Below are positions 12,260 through 24,792 of a stretch of 64,000 bases of DNA, piece after piece. The notes beneath the pieces are model-generated. The model was not told the DNA's origin and did not search any database. It worked only from the letters and a program-made list of their open reading frames with translations. The position numbers and the translations under genes are program-made. The number at the start of each line of letters is the position of its first letter. Position 1 is the stretch's first letter. The stretch is taken from NCBI RefSeq assembly GCF_006345805.1, contig NC_043015.1, forward strand, positions 38,440,001-38,504,000. Direction: 5' to 3'. This stretch comes from Octopus sinensis (Eukaryota).

Positions 12260-13190
12260 ATTCGAAATCGAACCAAATTCGTCGACTGGCACCCATGCCA
12301 ACCTCCCTTCATTGGACACTAAACTCTGCCTGCGAAGACCTGTTGGGGCAAGTGAAATCGAAATTGAACCAAATTTGATGTCTGGCACCCGTGCCAGTGG
12401 AGCGCTAACAGCTCCATCCAAGCGAGATCACTGCCAGAGCGGCTGTCTGGCTTCTGTGCAAGTGCCACGTAAAATGCACCATTTGAGCGTGGCCGTTGCC
12501 AGTACCGCCTGACTGGCCCTCGTGCTGGTGGCACGTAAAAGCACCCACTACACTCTCGGAGTGGTTGGCGTTAGGAAGGGCATCCAGCTGTAGAAACTCT
12601 GCCAGATAAGATTGGAGCCTGGTGCAGCCATCTGGTTCATCAGTCCTCAGTCAAATCGGCCAACCCATGCTAGCATGGAAGACAGACAGTAAAATAATGA
12701 TGATGATGATACATATATATATATATATATATATAATATATATATATATATGTATATATGATGGGCTTCTTTTAGTTTCCATCTATGAAATCCACTCATA
12801 AGGCTTTGGTCAGTGCAAGGCTATAGTAGAAGACACTTGCCCAAGGTGCCATGCAGTAGGACTGAACCTGCAACCATATGGTTGAGAAGCAAGCTTCTTA
12901 CCATGCAGCCAATCCTGTACCAATGTTTTTCAATTTTGGACAATTCTTTTTACTTTTTCCCATTTTAAAAACTATTTTCAGGTAAAATTCTGAGTTCAAT
13001 CAAGTTTCCTGTCAGTCGAGTCACTTCCTGTTGTTTCGGAGGTCCAAACTACGATGAACTGTACGTGACATCAAGGGCCAATAACTTAACAGAAAATCAG
13101 TTGCAAAATGAAGAGAAGCTTGCTGGGAGTGTGTTCAAGGTTACTGAATTGGGGGCAAAGGGTAAAGCAGCTGCTGTCTTTCAGGGATAG
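5455..13190 (+). CDS. RGN: Regucalcin/SMP-30/gluconolactonase-like paralog A, 301 aa; join(5455..5611,5983..6165,9759..9971,10420..10563,12982..13190)
   Basis: All introns are GT..AG and phase 1, and the exons sum to 906 nt ending in TAG. Family motifs present: GEAPHW, SLLFVD, SGGY, FNDGKCD..GR..AGTM, ISNG..W, PDGMTID, TSCCFGG.NY.ELYVT. Ligands E16/N151/D205 match human SMP30 E18/N154/D204. AATAAA at 13288. Confidence 0.95.
6330..6750 (-). mobile_element. RTE-clade LINE relic (APE endonuclease)
   Basis: VIIPGDFTGHIG..HDGYCDV..GEDVRLLEFC...ICN..., then IDFILTR after a frameshift. Confidence 0.7.
7777..7903 (+). ncRNA. Type I hammerhead ribozyme motif, long-helix-II family, core variant U4C
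   Basis: atct-CCGAAGA-GGCC[~92 nt hairpin]GGCC-GAAAC-agct-GTA-agat. Stem I atct/agat, palindromic loop III, GUA triplet. Confidence 0.75.
8255..8575 (+). mobile_element. Penelope-like retroelement relic, C-terminal part of GIY-YIG endonuclease
   Basis: RYTQHLESFR..KKHAIFLSNIIWILK...IEWNIIAKVKQY....KCELCISEKLNII....NVLNIREE..SPC matches the PLE endonuclease tail pattern. Flanked by hammerhead-bearing repeats. Confidence 0.75.
9046..9092 (-). ncRNA. Minimal type I hammerhead ribozyme motif, intact core
   Basis: Minus strand tctaga-CTGATGA-T-GGG-caaagat-CCT-GAAAC-atgtgt-GTC-tctaga. 6-bp stem I, GUC triplet. Confidence 0.8.
9185..9231 (+). ncRNA. Minimal type I hammerhead motif with mutated core (U4C, A14U)
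   Basis: tctaga-CCGATGA-T-GGG-caaagat-CCT-GATAC-atgcgt-GTC-tctaga. Mirror copy of 9046-9092. Confidence 0.7.
11050..11448. mobile_element. Unclassified non-autonomous element with a 52-bp tandem repeat and a terminal ~65-bp-arm hairpin
   Basis: 52-bp unit twice (11101-11204). Inverted arms at 11301-11366 / 11379-11441. Confidence 0.6.
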
Positions 13191-13346
13191 TCTACACCTC
13201 TCTCCAAGTATATATGGTAACTGAAAGACCACAGATGTTATAATAATTATGTTTTGTCACAGTTATATTTTATAAAATTAATAATGAAATAAATGTAAAT
13301 TAAAATAAAATAAATTTGTTTTGTATTCTTTCTCCTTTATGAATGC

Positions 13347-13379
<33 letters not shown>

Positions 13380-13956
13380 TATATATATATATATATTTAC
13401 CAGGGATGTAACCAGCCCACTTATGCATACCTTTCCTTCTTTGGACACAAAACTCTGCTTGCGAAGACCTGTTGAGGCAAGTGAAATCGAAATTGAATTC
13501 GAAATTGAACCAAATTCGATGACTGGCACCCGTGCCAGTGGAGCACTAACAGCTCCATCCAAGCGGGATCACTGCCAGAGCGGCTGTCTGGCTTCCGTAA
13601 CAGTGGTACATAAAAAGTACCATTTGAGCGTGATCATTACCAGCATCGCCTTACTGGCACTTGTGCTGGTGGCATGTGAACAAAACATTCGAGCGAGGTT
13701 GTTGCCAGTGCCGCTGGACTGACTCCTGTGCCGGTGGCATGTACAAAACACCATTTCGAGCATGGCCATTGCCAGTACCGCCAGAATGGCACGTAAAAGC
13801 ACCCACTACAACATTCTTGGAGTGGTTGGTGTTAGGAAGGGCATCCAGCTGTAGAAACTCTGCCAGATCAGACTGGAGCCTGGTGCAGCCTTCTGGTTTG
13901 CCAGTCCTCAGTCAAATCATCCAACTTGGAAAGCGGACATTAAACGATGATGATGA

Positions 13957-14020
<64 letters not shown>

Positions 14021-14052
14021 GTATATATATGATGATGATATGTATATATACA

Positions 14053-14113
<61 letters not shown>

Positions 14114-14118
14114 ATTTA

Positions 14119-14182
<64 letters not shown>

Positions 14183-14216
14183 GTGTGTGTGTGTGTGACA
14201 ATTATTCAGTTGCCAT

Positions 14217-14277
14217 AGTAAGACTCTGAGTTTCAGATGTCGGGGCAGAAACCTGCACCAGCATATCTTCAGTTATC
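14217..14277 (-). ncRNA. Type I hammerhead motif (same family as the 29.9/30.0 kb pair)
   Basis: Minus strand gataa-CTGAAGA-tatg...catct-GAAAC-tcaga-GTC-ttac. Confidence 0.7.
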
Positions 14278-14749
14278 AAGGCAACGAAAATGTGGTATGA
14301 AAATGACCGTTAAATAAGGGGGAAAACCGAAGGGGAGGAAGTAAAAAGTAAAGGCGTAAAAATGCTCATAGCAATCGCGTATGCACGCACGCATGCACAC
14401 GTGCATGTGCCTATACACATATGCTCACTGACACTCGCATGAAACACATACATGTGCACCCACACATATGCCAAATAGATGCACATATATGTGCAACCGT
14501 GCATGTACACGTGTACATATCTGCACACATGCGCTTGCACACACACACACACACACACTCGTGCACATGCCCATACGTGCACAGTTATATTCAAGTGCAC
14601 GTCTAAAAACACGTGCATCTGAATGTAACTTGGCATTTGGGCTCAGATCCTTTTGAATCACTACTTCAACACACTGTTCACGTTTGGCCTCCTCAATAGC
14701 AATGCTATAAAAATTTGCTATAAAAATGTTATTAGATTCAATAAGATAC

Positions 14750-14964
14750 TCTTTACTCTTTACTCTTTTACTTGTTTCAGTCATTTTGACTGCAGCCATG
14801 CTGGAGCACCGCCTTTAGTCGAGCAAATCGACCCCGGGACTTATTCTTTGTAAGCCCAGTGCTTATTCTATCGGTCTCTTTTGCCGAACCGCTAAGTGAC
14901 GGGGACATAAACACACCAGCATCGGTTGTCAAGCAATGCTAGGGGGACAAACACAGACACACAA

Positions 14965-15007
<43 letters not shown>

Positions 15008-15180
15008 CATATATACGACAGGCTTCTTTCAGTTTCCGTCTACCAAATCCACTCACAAGGCTTTGGTCGGCCCGGGGCTATAGTAGAAGACACTTGCCCA
15101 AGATGTCACGCAGTGGGACTGAACCCGGAACCATGTGGTTGGTTAGCAAGCTACTTACCACACAGCCACTCCTGCGCCTA
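14750..15180 (-). mobile_element. tRNA-derived SINE family 2 (aggcgcaggagtggctgtgtggtaag...), internal (TA/TG)n, aagagta tail
   Basis: Many copies, including 4891-5210(+), 27675-28043(-), 28400-28773(-), 41245-41620(+), 42745-43158(-) and 47323-47740(+), plus fragments. Resembles Octopus SINEs; the exact family name was not assigned. Confidence 0.85.
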
Positions 15181-15339
15181 TGATGTTTAATTTTTTCAGT
15201 TTCCCTGTTTATTGATTGTTTTTTATTGAGGGTTAAACAATTTCGTTTAGGTGGGGGTAAGGAACCAAAAGTACCGATATTTTTCATAAAACAGGAAAGA
15301 TAACTCAATTTCTTAACGTGGGCGACATAACCAAAAAAG

Positions 15340-15371
15340 TACCCACTACACTACCACAACAAAAGGTATGT
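15340..15371 (+). promoter_or_regulatory. Putative non-coding first-exon donor of paralog B (exon ends 15365)
   Basis: ctaccacaacaaaaag|GTATGT is homologous to A 1110-1133. Downstream 16850-17250 matches A 1245-1600. Confidence 0.45.
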
Positions 15372-16658
15372 CCTCTTTCCTTCTCTTATTATCACGATAG
15401 CTTCTGTCTAGAATCCAGACAGGATTTCTCACCTGACCGGATATACGCTCTACGGAACATGGCTTTACACTCGTATAGACAGCCCATTCAAGCCTGTTGT
15501 CACACAACATTACTATCAATCAAACCCTCAGCCACACGGGTCACAAGTTATAAATAAAACTAGAGCGCTAAGTTGCTATGTTAATATGGTTCGCTGAAGG
15601 TCACCAGCGTGACGGTTGATACCACCAGCTTTATGTAGTCCGTAGTTTATTAGTTTGACAGTAGTTGTTCTCAGGTCGGGTTGATTCGTCGAGGGCGGGT
15701 GGTGATAGCAGTGGCGCAGAGAGACGTCACCAACTGGGTTCGTTGATAAACACTAACAACTCGCTTTAAGATTATAAAGTTTTACTGTAGCAGTGAGTTA
15801 CATACGAAATGCCTTGGACGGAGTTCTGTAGCGTTTAATAGAAATGTCTTTGGTGTGTTAGCAGTAAACGAACGAATTCGTGAAGACATTGTTTGCATTT
15901 CGTGTATCTGGAAAGGGGGACTTGATGGAAGTGTTTTCTGGATAGCATGAAGATAACAACATTGAGTTTGGTCTATTCTGCCAGCGCACGTATAAGAAGA
16001 AATCGTTTTTGTGTGAGAGAGGCCAGCGTTTACGCGACAGAACAAAAGTGCCTGCCGAGGGCCCTTCAGAAAAGCGAAACCAAGAACTGAAAGGAACCCT
16101 TATTGAACAATGGCAGCAGCTACATTATAATAAGTGATAATAGGATGTAGCAGAGAGCACCTGTCCGTGGGAGCTTGTTAATTCAGCCAATGACAGACTG
16201 GGTGAAGTTGTCAACCCACAGTGTCGTTTGAGCCTGCTCTGAGGTCCAAATATGAATGTTTTAAACTATTCTAGGGCAGACATGTCACAAAACCATACCG
16301 ATGCTCTCCCACCAATTGCATGTCACCGAGGTCCATTAGCATAGCTGGGGGCTGGGGGGGGGGACAAAAGGGGTGGTGCTCCCGAGCAGCACTTTTCATC
16401 CTGTTGTAGGCTATCGCTGTAGGCAATAAGTATTTCTTGTGGGGGTCCGGGGGCGGCAAACGGAAGACCGCCCCGGGCAGCACACAGTCTAGCTACGCTA
16501 CTGCTGGACTCGTAAGGCGCGGTCGAATCTACGCCAAGAAGAAGGCGTCTCGACTGTCGAAGCAAGTCCTTCTGATATGTTAACGACCACAGCATTTGCT
16601 CGTTCGCTAACCCACTTTCTTCTATTCGGCACTGCAGGAAAAAAAAGGAAAAACGAAG

Positions 16659-16781
16659 CACATATTGTATATTGTAGTATAACAAGTTTTTCTGCCCTCA
16701 CATATTGTATATTGTAGTATAACAAGTTTTTCTGCCCTCACATATTGTATATTGTAGTATAACAAGTTTTTCTGCCCTCAC
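16659..16781. repeat. 40-bp tandem repeat x3
   Basis: cacatattgtatattgtagtataacaagtttttctgccct repeated three times perfectly. Confidence 0.9.
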
Positions 16782-18200
16782 TATGGCCTTGAAGAGGTAG
16801 ACTAGATTATGTTGATAGTTCTTTTTTTAGTGGGGGTGATTTTAGACCATTCTCTTCACCTGAATTTATTATCATCAATTTTTGTAACTTTGGCATATTT
16901 CCCTTTTTCTGTTCGGATTTTTATATTTGAAAAACCTACATAATTTTAATCTACACCATTGAAAACATAATTCTGTGGAATGTCACGTAAAAGTATGCAT
17001 TTTTCAAAAAGTTATAATGAAACAAATTCGAGTTGGGACACCAAACTGTAAGGTTGTGTAAGCCTCGATATCTCAAGTATATTACTAGATCAAATATGTA
17101 TCATCAGTTGGAGCAAAACATTTCTCATAAGACTGCTCATTATGGCTTGCAAAGGCATACAGTAGATTTGTTCGTTTTTCGTCTAACAATTTCACTTTTT
17201 ACATATTCCTTCTGTTTAATTCGTTCTGCCAGAGAGCCCTACATGGTGTACTGATGGAAGCATCAAAACCAGTTTGCATCTTAGTTTCGTTTTCATCTAA
17301 CAATTTCCCTTTTTATACACCCCCTTGCTTAATTTGCCCCACCAGAAGGCTCTACATTGCTGCTCTTCGGCTTTAAATTGTTGCTTAATTTCATCTTAAA
17401 TGATATCCTAAAGTTTTAGAATTTTGTCCGGTAACGATTGAGCCAAACTAAGACCAGATAGAAGGGATCTCTGTCTAGATCTCACTATCCATGTTTGTGG
17501 ACAGAAGGGGTAAAAATTCTTCTGAGTAAAACGTTGGGGATTGTTATAATTTGGTTGGGTTTCAAATTTCAATGAAAAATTACATCAGCCAATCAGGAAC
17601 AAAATTAATAGAATGGGTACATAAGAACAAATCAAAGTTTCATCTCTCACAAATGTTCCATGTAATAACATCTACGCATTTTTGCAAATGGAATATTCAA
17701 AATATTCCCATTCTTCAAAACAAAGGAATAAAATGAAAAGCAAAAGAAAAATACTTGACAAGAATTCTAAATCCAAAGCTAAACTGGAAATAGGAAAGAC
17801 TGCTACTACAAGCAACTACTCATATACCGATTACCTTATGACAATATGTGTGTCTGAGAAGCTGAAAACAGTGAAAGCACTTATCACAAAATATTCCTTC
17901 CATTAAGTCTGTAGCAGTCTTTTTTGTTTCAATAGCTTTTTCTTTTATATAATTGTTCATTTCTAATTTCAAAAAATCTTTCTTCAGCTATTGTGACTGT
18001 ATCAAGAATTGTTTATAAAATCTTTCAAAAATATTTATATGCATGCATACATACATACATACATGCATACATACATACATACATGTATATATATACATAC
18101 ATGCACTCATACAAATGCACACACATACACCCACACATATGTTGTACATAAATGTTTCTTTGCTTTTTTTTCTAAATGTAATTTTGTTTTCAGAAACAAG

Positions 18201-18359
18201 ATGTGTCTGTATCTGTTGCCCTGAAGAATGTCTGTCAAGGAATTGGTGAGGCACCTCACTGGGAGGAAAGTACTAAATCATTGCTGTTTGTTGATCTTGA
18301 ACCTGGAGGTCTCCACAAGTGGAACAGCATTGATAACACACATACCAAGTTTAATGCTG
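18201..18359 (+). pseudogene. Orphan first coding exon of a regucalcin duplicate (paralog B), frameshifted
   Basis: Near copy of A exon 1 with the same acceptor (ttttcag|aaacaag) and donor (G|GTATGT). A 2-nt insertion after ATG (ATGTGTCTG...) gives MCLYLLP*. No exons 2-5 were found before paralog C. Confidence 0.88.
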
Positions 18360-18829
18360 GTATGTATGTTTGTATATGTGTGTGCATGAATCTCTCTCCT
18401 TCTCCCCCTCTCTACCCACCTACCTACCTACCTACCTACCTATCTATTTATATACAGTTATACCTTGATAAACAAGTCAATTTGTACCCAGAGACTGCTT
18501 GTAAAGTGAAAATACGTAAAGTAGAGCAGTAATTGCCAATAGTAGCAATCTTATAAATCGTAATTCATTCTCAGAAAAATATTTTCCCATTATGCTGATT
18601 AAAAGTAAATAATGATAATAATAATAATAATAACAATAATAATAATAATGATAATAATAATGATAATAATAGCTAAAGAGAAAAGCATTTGTCTTCATCC
18701 CTTTCAATCTCATCCACCATACAACCTCTTTAACTTTGACCACCAGGCATGTAAGGACTGCTTGCCCTTCCCAGGTAAAAGAAAGTAGCAGGGCGTTAGG
18801 ATGGACTTCACTTCCTACCTTCACCGACT

Positions 18830-19220
18830 GCCACAGCTCTCGGTGACAGAGGTGGGGCGTTGCGAATGGGCAATAACAACTCCTGAAATATAGAAAGTGA
18901 TGTCTAGTTGCAGGAAGACTAAATCACCTGCTTTGGATGGTCTGCCTCGTGGGCTTTATGGGCTTTATGCTTCTATATCAGACTTGTTTGGTGACCTCTT
19001 GCCAAATGTTTACTGCAACTGGGAACAGAATGGGAGAATTCCCAGTTTTGTGAGTGGTGGAGTGGTGGTGTTGCTGAGAAAAGACCCGAACAAAGGGGAA
19101 GGTGGTAATAAGTTTAGGCCCATGACCCTGCTAAGAACTATACTAAATGCAAAGTTGTAAATTTTGGCTAAGGTGTCAGCAACGAGGTTGGTGTTTGTCA
19201 TCGGTGATCTGGAAGGGGAC
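18830..19220 (+). mobile_element. L1/Tx1-clade LINE relic (start of RT)
   Basis: KSPALDGLP...DLFGDLL..VY..W...GRIP.....GVVVLLRK......NKFRPMTLL....ILAKV.ATRL. Confidence 0.75.
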
Positions 19221-19559
19221 ATGCTGAACTGCTAAGTTACGGGGACATAAACACACCAGCATTTGTTGTCAAGTGATGTTGGGGGGACAAACACAGATAC
19301 ACAAACATACACACACACACACACACACACACCACACCACAACCACACACACCACATACTATATATATATATAATATATATATATGTATATATATATATG
19401 TATATGTATATATATATGATTGGTGTTAGGAAGGGCATCCAGCTGTAGAAACCTGCTAGATCTGACTGGCCTGGTGCAGCCTTCGGGCTTGCCAGACCCC
19501 AGTTGAACCGTCCAACCCATGCTAGCATGGAAAGCGGACGTTAAACGATGATGATGATG

Positions 19560-19585
19560 TATATATATATGTGTATGTGTATATA

Positions 19586-19683
<98 letters not shown>

Positions 19684-19709
19684 GTATATATATGTAACTA
19701 ATATATATC

Positions 19710-19748
<39 letters not shown>

Positions 19749-19794
19749 TAATATATATATAATGTATATATGTAAATATATATATGTATATATA

Positions 19795-19845
<51 letters not shown>

Positions 19846-19945
19846 ATATAGTATATATATATATATATATTAATATATATATGTATATATATATATATAT
19901 AGAGTATATATATGTAAATATATATATGTATATATATATATATAT

Positions 19946-19989
<44 letters not shown>

Positions 19990-20044
19990 GTATATTATAT
20001 GTAAATATATATATGTAATATATATATATTATATATATCACATA

Positions 20045-20076
<32 letters not shown>

Positions 20077-20107
20077 ATATATATATATATATACAATATA
20101 TATTTAC

Positions 20108-20160
<53 letters not shown>

Positions 20161-20226
20161 ATATATATATATATATATATACAATATATATTTACATATA
20201 ATACATATATATATATATATATATAT
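19560..20226. repeat. (TA)n-rich microsatellite
   Basis: Seen directly. Confidence 0.95.
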
Positions 20227-20429
20227 ACACATGATGGGCTCTTTCAGTTCTGTCTACCAAATCCACTCACAAAGCATTGGTCGCCCCAAGCCTATAATAG
20301 AAGACACTTGCCCAAGGTGCCACACAGTGGGACTGAACCCAGAACCATGTGGTTGGTAAGCAAGCTACTTACCACACAGCCATTCACATATTTTCCAATG
20401 TAAACACTGCCCTACCCTATCCTATCATG

Positions 20430-20431
20430 AC

Positions 20432-20473
<42 letters not shown>

Positions 20474-20493
20474 CATTATTATTATTATTATTT

Positions 20494-20524
<31 letters not shown>

Positions 20525-20535
20525 TATTATTATCA

Positions 20536-20578
<43 letters not shown>

Positions 20579-20581
20579 ATT

Positions 20582-20624
<43 letters not shown>

Positions 20625-20630
20625 TTATTG

Positions 20631-20676
<46 letters not shown>

Positions 20677-20772
20677 TTATTGTTATTATTATTATTGTTA
20701 TTATTATTATCGTTATTATTATTATTATTATTAGTAGTAGTAGTATTATTATTACTATCATTATCATTATTA

Positions 20773-20812
<40 letters not shown>

Positions 20813-20833
20813 CATTAGTATTATTATTATTAC

Positions 20834-20878
<45 letters not shown>

Positions 20879-20899
20879 CATTAGTATTATTATTATTAC

Positions 20900-20932
<33 letters not shown>

Positions 20933-20958
20933 CATTATTACTATTATTATTATTATTA

Positions 20959-21047
<89 letters not shown>
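20430..21047. repeat. (TTA)n microsatellite ~620 bp
   Basis: Seen directly. Confidence 0.95.
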
Positions 21048-21048
<1 letters not shown>

Positions 21049-21062
21049 CTCCCCCCCCACTT

Positions 21063-21393
21063 AATTCAAATTCTGCCAAGGTGAACTTTACCCTTTCAGC
21101 GATTAATGCATTCGTTCCACTATTCCCACAAAAGTTTGAGAAAATTATCTTCAGAAAATATCGAGGTTTATAACAAACACAGCTTCAAATAGAAACAATT
21201 ATAATTCATCTCCACTCCTTCTCTCTCTCTCACCCCTCCCTTTATCTTTAATTATTCTGACCTTTGCCCATAGACTATATCTCTATTAATATGCACGTGC
21301 ACACTCACACACACACACACACGCACATATATATAATTTAGTTTGCTGCAAGGAAGAGAAGCTTTGTATTTGGTCAGAAAAAAAAAGGTAAGT
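21063..21393 (+). promoter_or_regulatory. Putative promoter/non-coding first exon of paralog C (DR1 at 21258-21270, donor AAG|GTAAGT at 21388)
   Basis: 21063-21297 is an inverted near-copy of the region upstream of D (50157-50390). Contains GATA (TTATCT 21242) and TGACCT-T-TGCCCA. The sequence after the donor resembles the 5' intron of A. Confidence 0.45.
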
Positions 21394-23184
21394 TGTTCTC
21401 TGCTTTGTGATCCTTCGAAGGAGTTTCTCTTTATGCAATGTTCCAACTTGCTAGAAATAGCAACCAAATTTCCTTCAAATCACAATTTACTGTTATAGAA
21501 AAAGCAAGGCTACATTGCTTATTGTAACTCTCAATATATCAAGTATTATAATAGAATAACTGGATAGTCATATCTGGAACGTCTCTGAGGACAAGTCTTA
21601 TAGCTTGAAATTTAAGTAAATAACACTATTCTATGGACCTTAGCAGAATTCGTTTTTCATGTAGCAATTTTGCATTTTACACATTCCCTTTGCTTCATTA
21701 AAAAATTGCCCAATTTTCTAGACATCATGAGGAAACAGAGTCGGCGGGCGATGGGGCCCCATTGTGTAGGTTTTCCTTTATTTAATTGATGCTATTTTGA
21801 AGGGAGGTAATGCATTCTGGCTTTAAGTAATCCTTTGAGTCGGGCAGCTACACCCAGCTGTTTTAACGGAGAATCACTGCCGGAGATTGTTCAGAAGCTT
21901 GGAGGTAGAATTTAAACTTCTTGTTCTCTCGCAATTTCTTCGATCAACCAGTATCGGCATCGTTCTATCATGTAAAGCCTTATGCATGCAAGTAGCGAAG
22001 TTCTCTTAGAACTTTGATGCAAGTTATATGTGTGCATGTAATGTAGATATGTCTTGTGGTGCACCTGAGCACTGTATGCAATAACTTCATTATTATTACT
22101 ATATATGTACGTATTTTTGTATGTATATCTGTGGCTCTGTGGCTCTGTGGCGAGAAGATTGCTTTCCCAGCTTTATGGTTCCCGGGTTCAGTCCCACTGC
22201 GTGTCACCTTGGGCAAGTGTCTTCTACTATAGCCTCGGACCGACCAAAGTTTTGTGAGTGGATTTGGTAGGCGGAAACTGAAAGAAGCAGGTTGTATATA
22301 TATATATATGTTTTTAATTTTATTTGATATATACCCTCTCACCTCTGCCACTAGCTGGCATATACAGGTGCTTGCACTTATCAAGTATTCACCCTAAATT
22401 TACAGTATATATATATGTGTCAGAAATAATTTCTTGAATTTCACTGATTTGAACACTTTCAGCTGCAGTGCCTAGGTCTTGACTTCTGTATACATTCAAG
22501 GTCCCAATCTTGTTAGCTATGTGTTTTGGAATATCGAAGTTTTGTGTGTGTGTGTGTGTGTGTTTGTCCCCGTACCATCGCTTGACAACCGATGTTGGTG
22601 TGTTATGTCGCCCGAAACTTAGCGGTTCGGCAAAAGTTTCCGAGAGAATAAATGTAAAGAATAAGCATGGCCGCAGTTAAATGACTGACACAAATAAAAG
22701 AATAATAAAGAATATCCACGTAGGCGGACACCAGCAATTGGTAGCACATACAAGACGGAATTTTTCCGTTTCGAAGACGATGTTTCAGAATTTTTTTTTT
22801 TTTTTTGTCACGGTGCCCTTACTGGAGCATCTTTTTAGCAAGAAAAAAGCAAATTCGAAAAATGCTTTGTTTTTCTTTTATGGCAATAGTTAGAGATATA
22901 AATTTATAAATTACTTTTGTGTGTGTGTGTGTATTGGAAAACCAAAGTTTGGTTAATGTTCACAACATTAACCAAACCACCGATTCCCTAGCCTAGTACT
23001 ACTATTACACTACGTAGTCTTTATTTCTACAAACTTTCAATAATTTTTAATGTTTTGGCTTCAATTTTCTTTCATTTTATCTTCAATTATTTTTGCGCTT
23101 TTTTAACCCTTCCGTCATTATTCTCATTCACTCGTTATTACTCTCTCTCTCCCTATCTATATATATATATATATATATATATAG

Positions 23185-24060
23185 AGGCAAGTGTGTGACA
23201 CTTTGTGAAGACCTGTTGAGGCAGAGGCAAGTGTGTGACACTTGTGGAGCCTGTTGAGGCAAGTGTGTGACACGCGTGACACTTGTGAAGACCTGTTGAG
23301 GCAAGTGAAATCAAACCAAATCAAAATAGATGAACATCAATGGAGTTTGTATCTTTGTGGTTCCAGTACCGGTGGCACACAAGAAAACCATCCGATCGTG
23401 GCCGTTCGCCAGCCACATCTGGCACCTGTGTCGGTGGCACATAAGACACCATCCGAAGACCCGGCGACGTAGACAGTCCACCTATGCATACCTTCCTTCT
23501 TGTGACACTTGTGAAGATCTGTTGAGGCAAGTGAAATCAAATCAAATCAAATCAAATCAAATCAAAACAAATCAAAATAGATGAACATAAATGGAATTTG
23601 TATCTTGTGGTACCAGTGCCGGTGGCACACAAGAAAATCATCCGAACGTGGCCGTAGCCAGTACCGCATAGACTGGCCTCCGTGCTTTGGGGACGTAACA
23701 AACACCATCCGATCGTGGCCGTCCGCCAGCCTCATCTGGCACCTGTGTCGGTGGCACATAAAAACACCATCCGAGCGTGGCCGTCTGCCAGCCTCGTCTG
23801 GCACCTGTGTCGGTGGCACATAAAAACACCATCCGAGCGTGGCCGTTCGCCAGCCTCGTCTGGCACCTGTGTCGGTGGACAATAAAATCACCCACTACAC
23901 TCTCGGTGGTTGGCGTTAGGAAGGGCATCCAGCTGTAGAAACACTGCCAGATCTGACTGGCCTGGTGCAGCCTTCGGGCTCCCCAGACCCCAGTTGAACC
24001 GTCCAACCCATGCTAGCATGGAAAACGGACGCTAAATGATGATGATGATGATGATGATGA
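23185..24060 (+). mobile_element. SINE-like family 3 with (GAT)n tail and variable internal ~61-bp tandem units
   Basis: Shared 3' block gtggttggcgttaggaagggcatccagctgtagaaac...gctagcatggaaagcggacgttaaacgatgatgat. Copies at 7160-7440(-), 12290-12710(+), 13400-13960(+), 26003-26450(-), 39648-39985(-), 48737-49060(-), 60148-60640(+). Confidence 0.8.
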
Positions 24061-24068
24061 TATATATG

Positions 24069-24107
<39 letters not shown>

Positions 24108-24178
24108 ATATATATATATAATATATATATATATGTATGTGTATGTATATATATATATTATATATATATATATGTATG

Positions 24179-24211
<33 letters not shown>

Positions 24212-24231
24212 ATATATATATATAATATATG

Positions 24232-24291
<60 letters not shown>

Positions 24292-24349
24292 ATACATTTA
24301 TTATACTAAGACAAAACAATGTACATGATAACACTTCCAATCAGTTAAG

Positions 24350-24394
<45 letters not shown>

Positions 24395-24395
24395 C

Positions 24396-24792
24396 ATTGC
24401 CTTTGCACAGCTTCTAACGCTGGAGATGTACTACAGTGTCAGTTGTTCACTACCAGTGAACTAAAGTAACACCTCTTATTTTTCGAGCACCTTCCGGAGT
24501 ATTCGAGCGGTTCCAAGCAGTGCTATTTTTTGCAAGTGCTCCACCCTTATTGCAGCCCCTATTTGTTCCACATACTTCTCAAGACTTTTGCTCGCTGTTC
24601 CCAGGGCTCCGGCAATTATTGGTACTACTGCTACCTTTTTCATCGACCACAACTGCTTTACTTCCCAAGCTAACCTGTTATACCTATCAACATTTCTTTC
24701 TTCCTTATTGTATACCTTGATGTCAGCTGGGCATGCTGTATCTATGATCCAGCATCGTTTGCTTTCTTCCTCAACTAAGACTATGTCTGGCT
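24396..24792 (-). mobile_element. 3' end of R4/Dong-type non-LTR retrotransposon (restriction-like endonuclease) within (TAA)n
   Basis: KPDIVLV...CWIIDTACP...K..RY..LAWEVKQLW...VVPIIAGALG...LQKIALLGTARILRKVL* plus a short 3'UTR, with (TAA)n on both sides. Confidence 0.85.

Noticed and set aside
5455-13190. Identification as squid-type DFPase or luciferin-regenerating enzyme
   Set aside because: Motifs align collinearly with regucalcin (SLLFVD, SGGY, TSCCFGG.NY). A specific activity cannot be assigned from sequence.
20349-21173. Long poly-Ile/Leu/Tyr ORFs (also 38621-39715, 46688-47572, 11930-12512)
   Set aside because: They are translations of stop-poor microsatellites.
23640-23880. ~61-bp direct repeats resembling a CRISPR array
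   Set aside because: They are internal tandem units of a SINE-like family with no unique spacers and no cas genes, in eukaryotic DNA.
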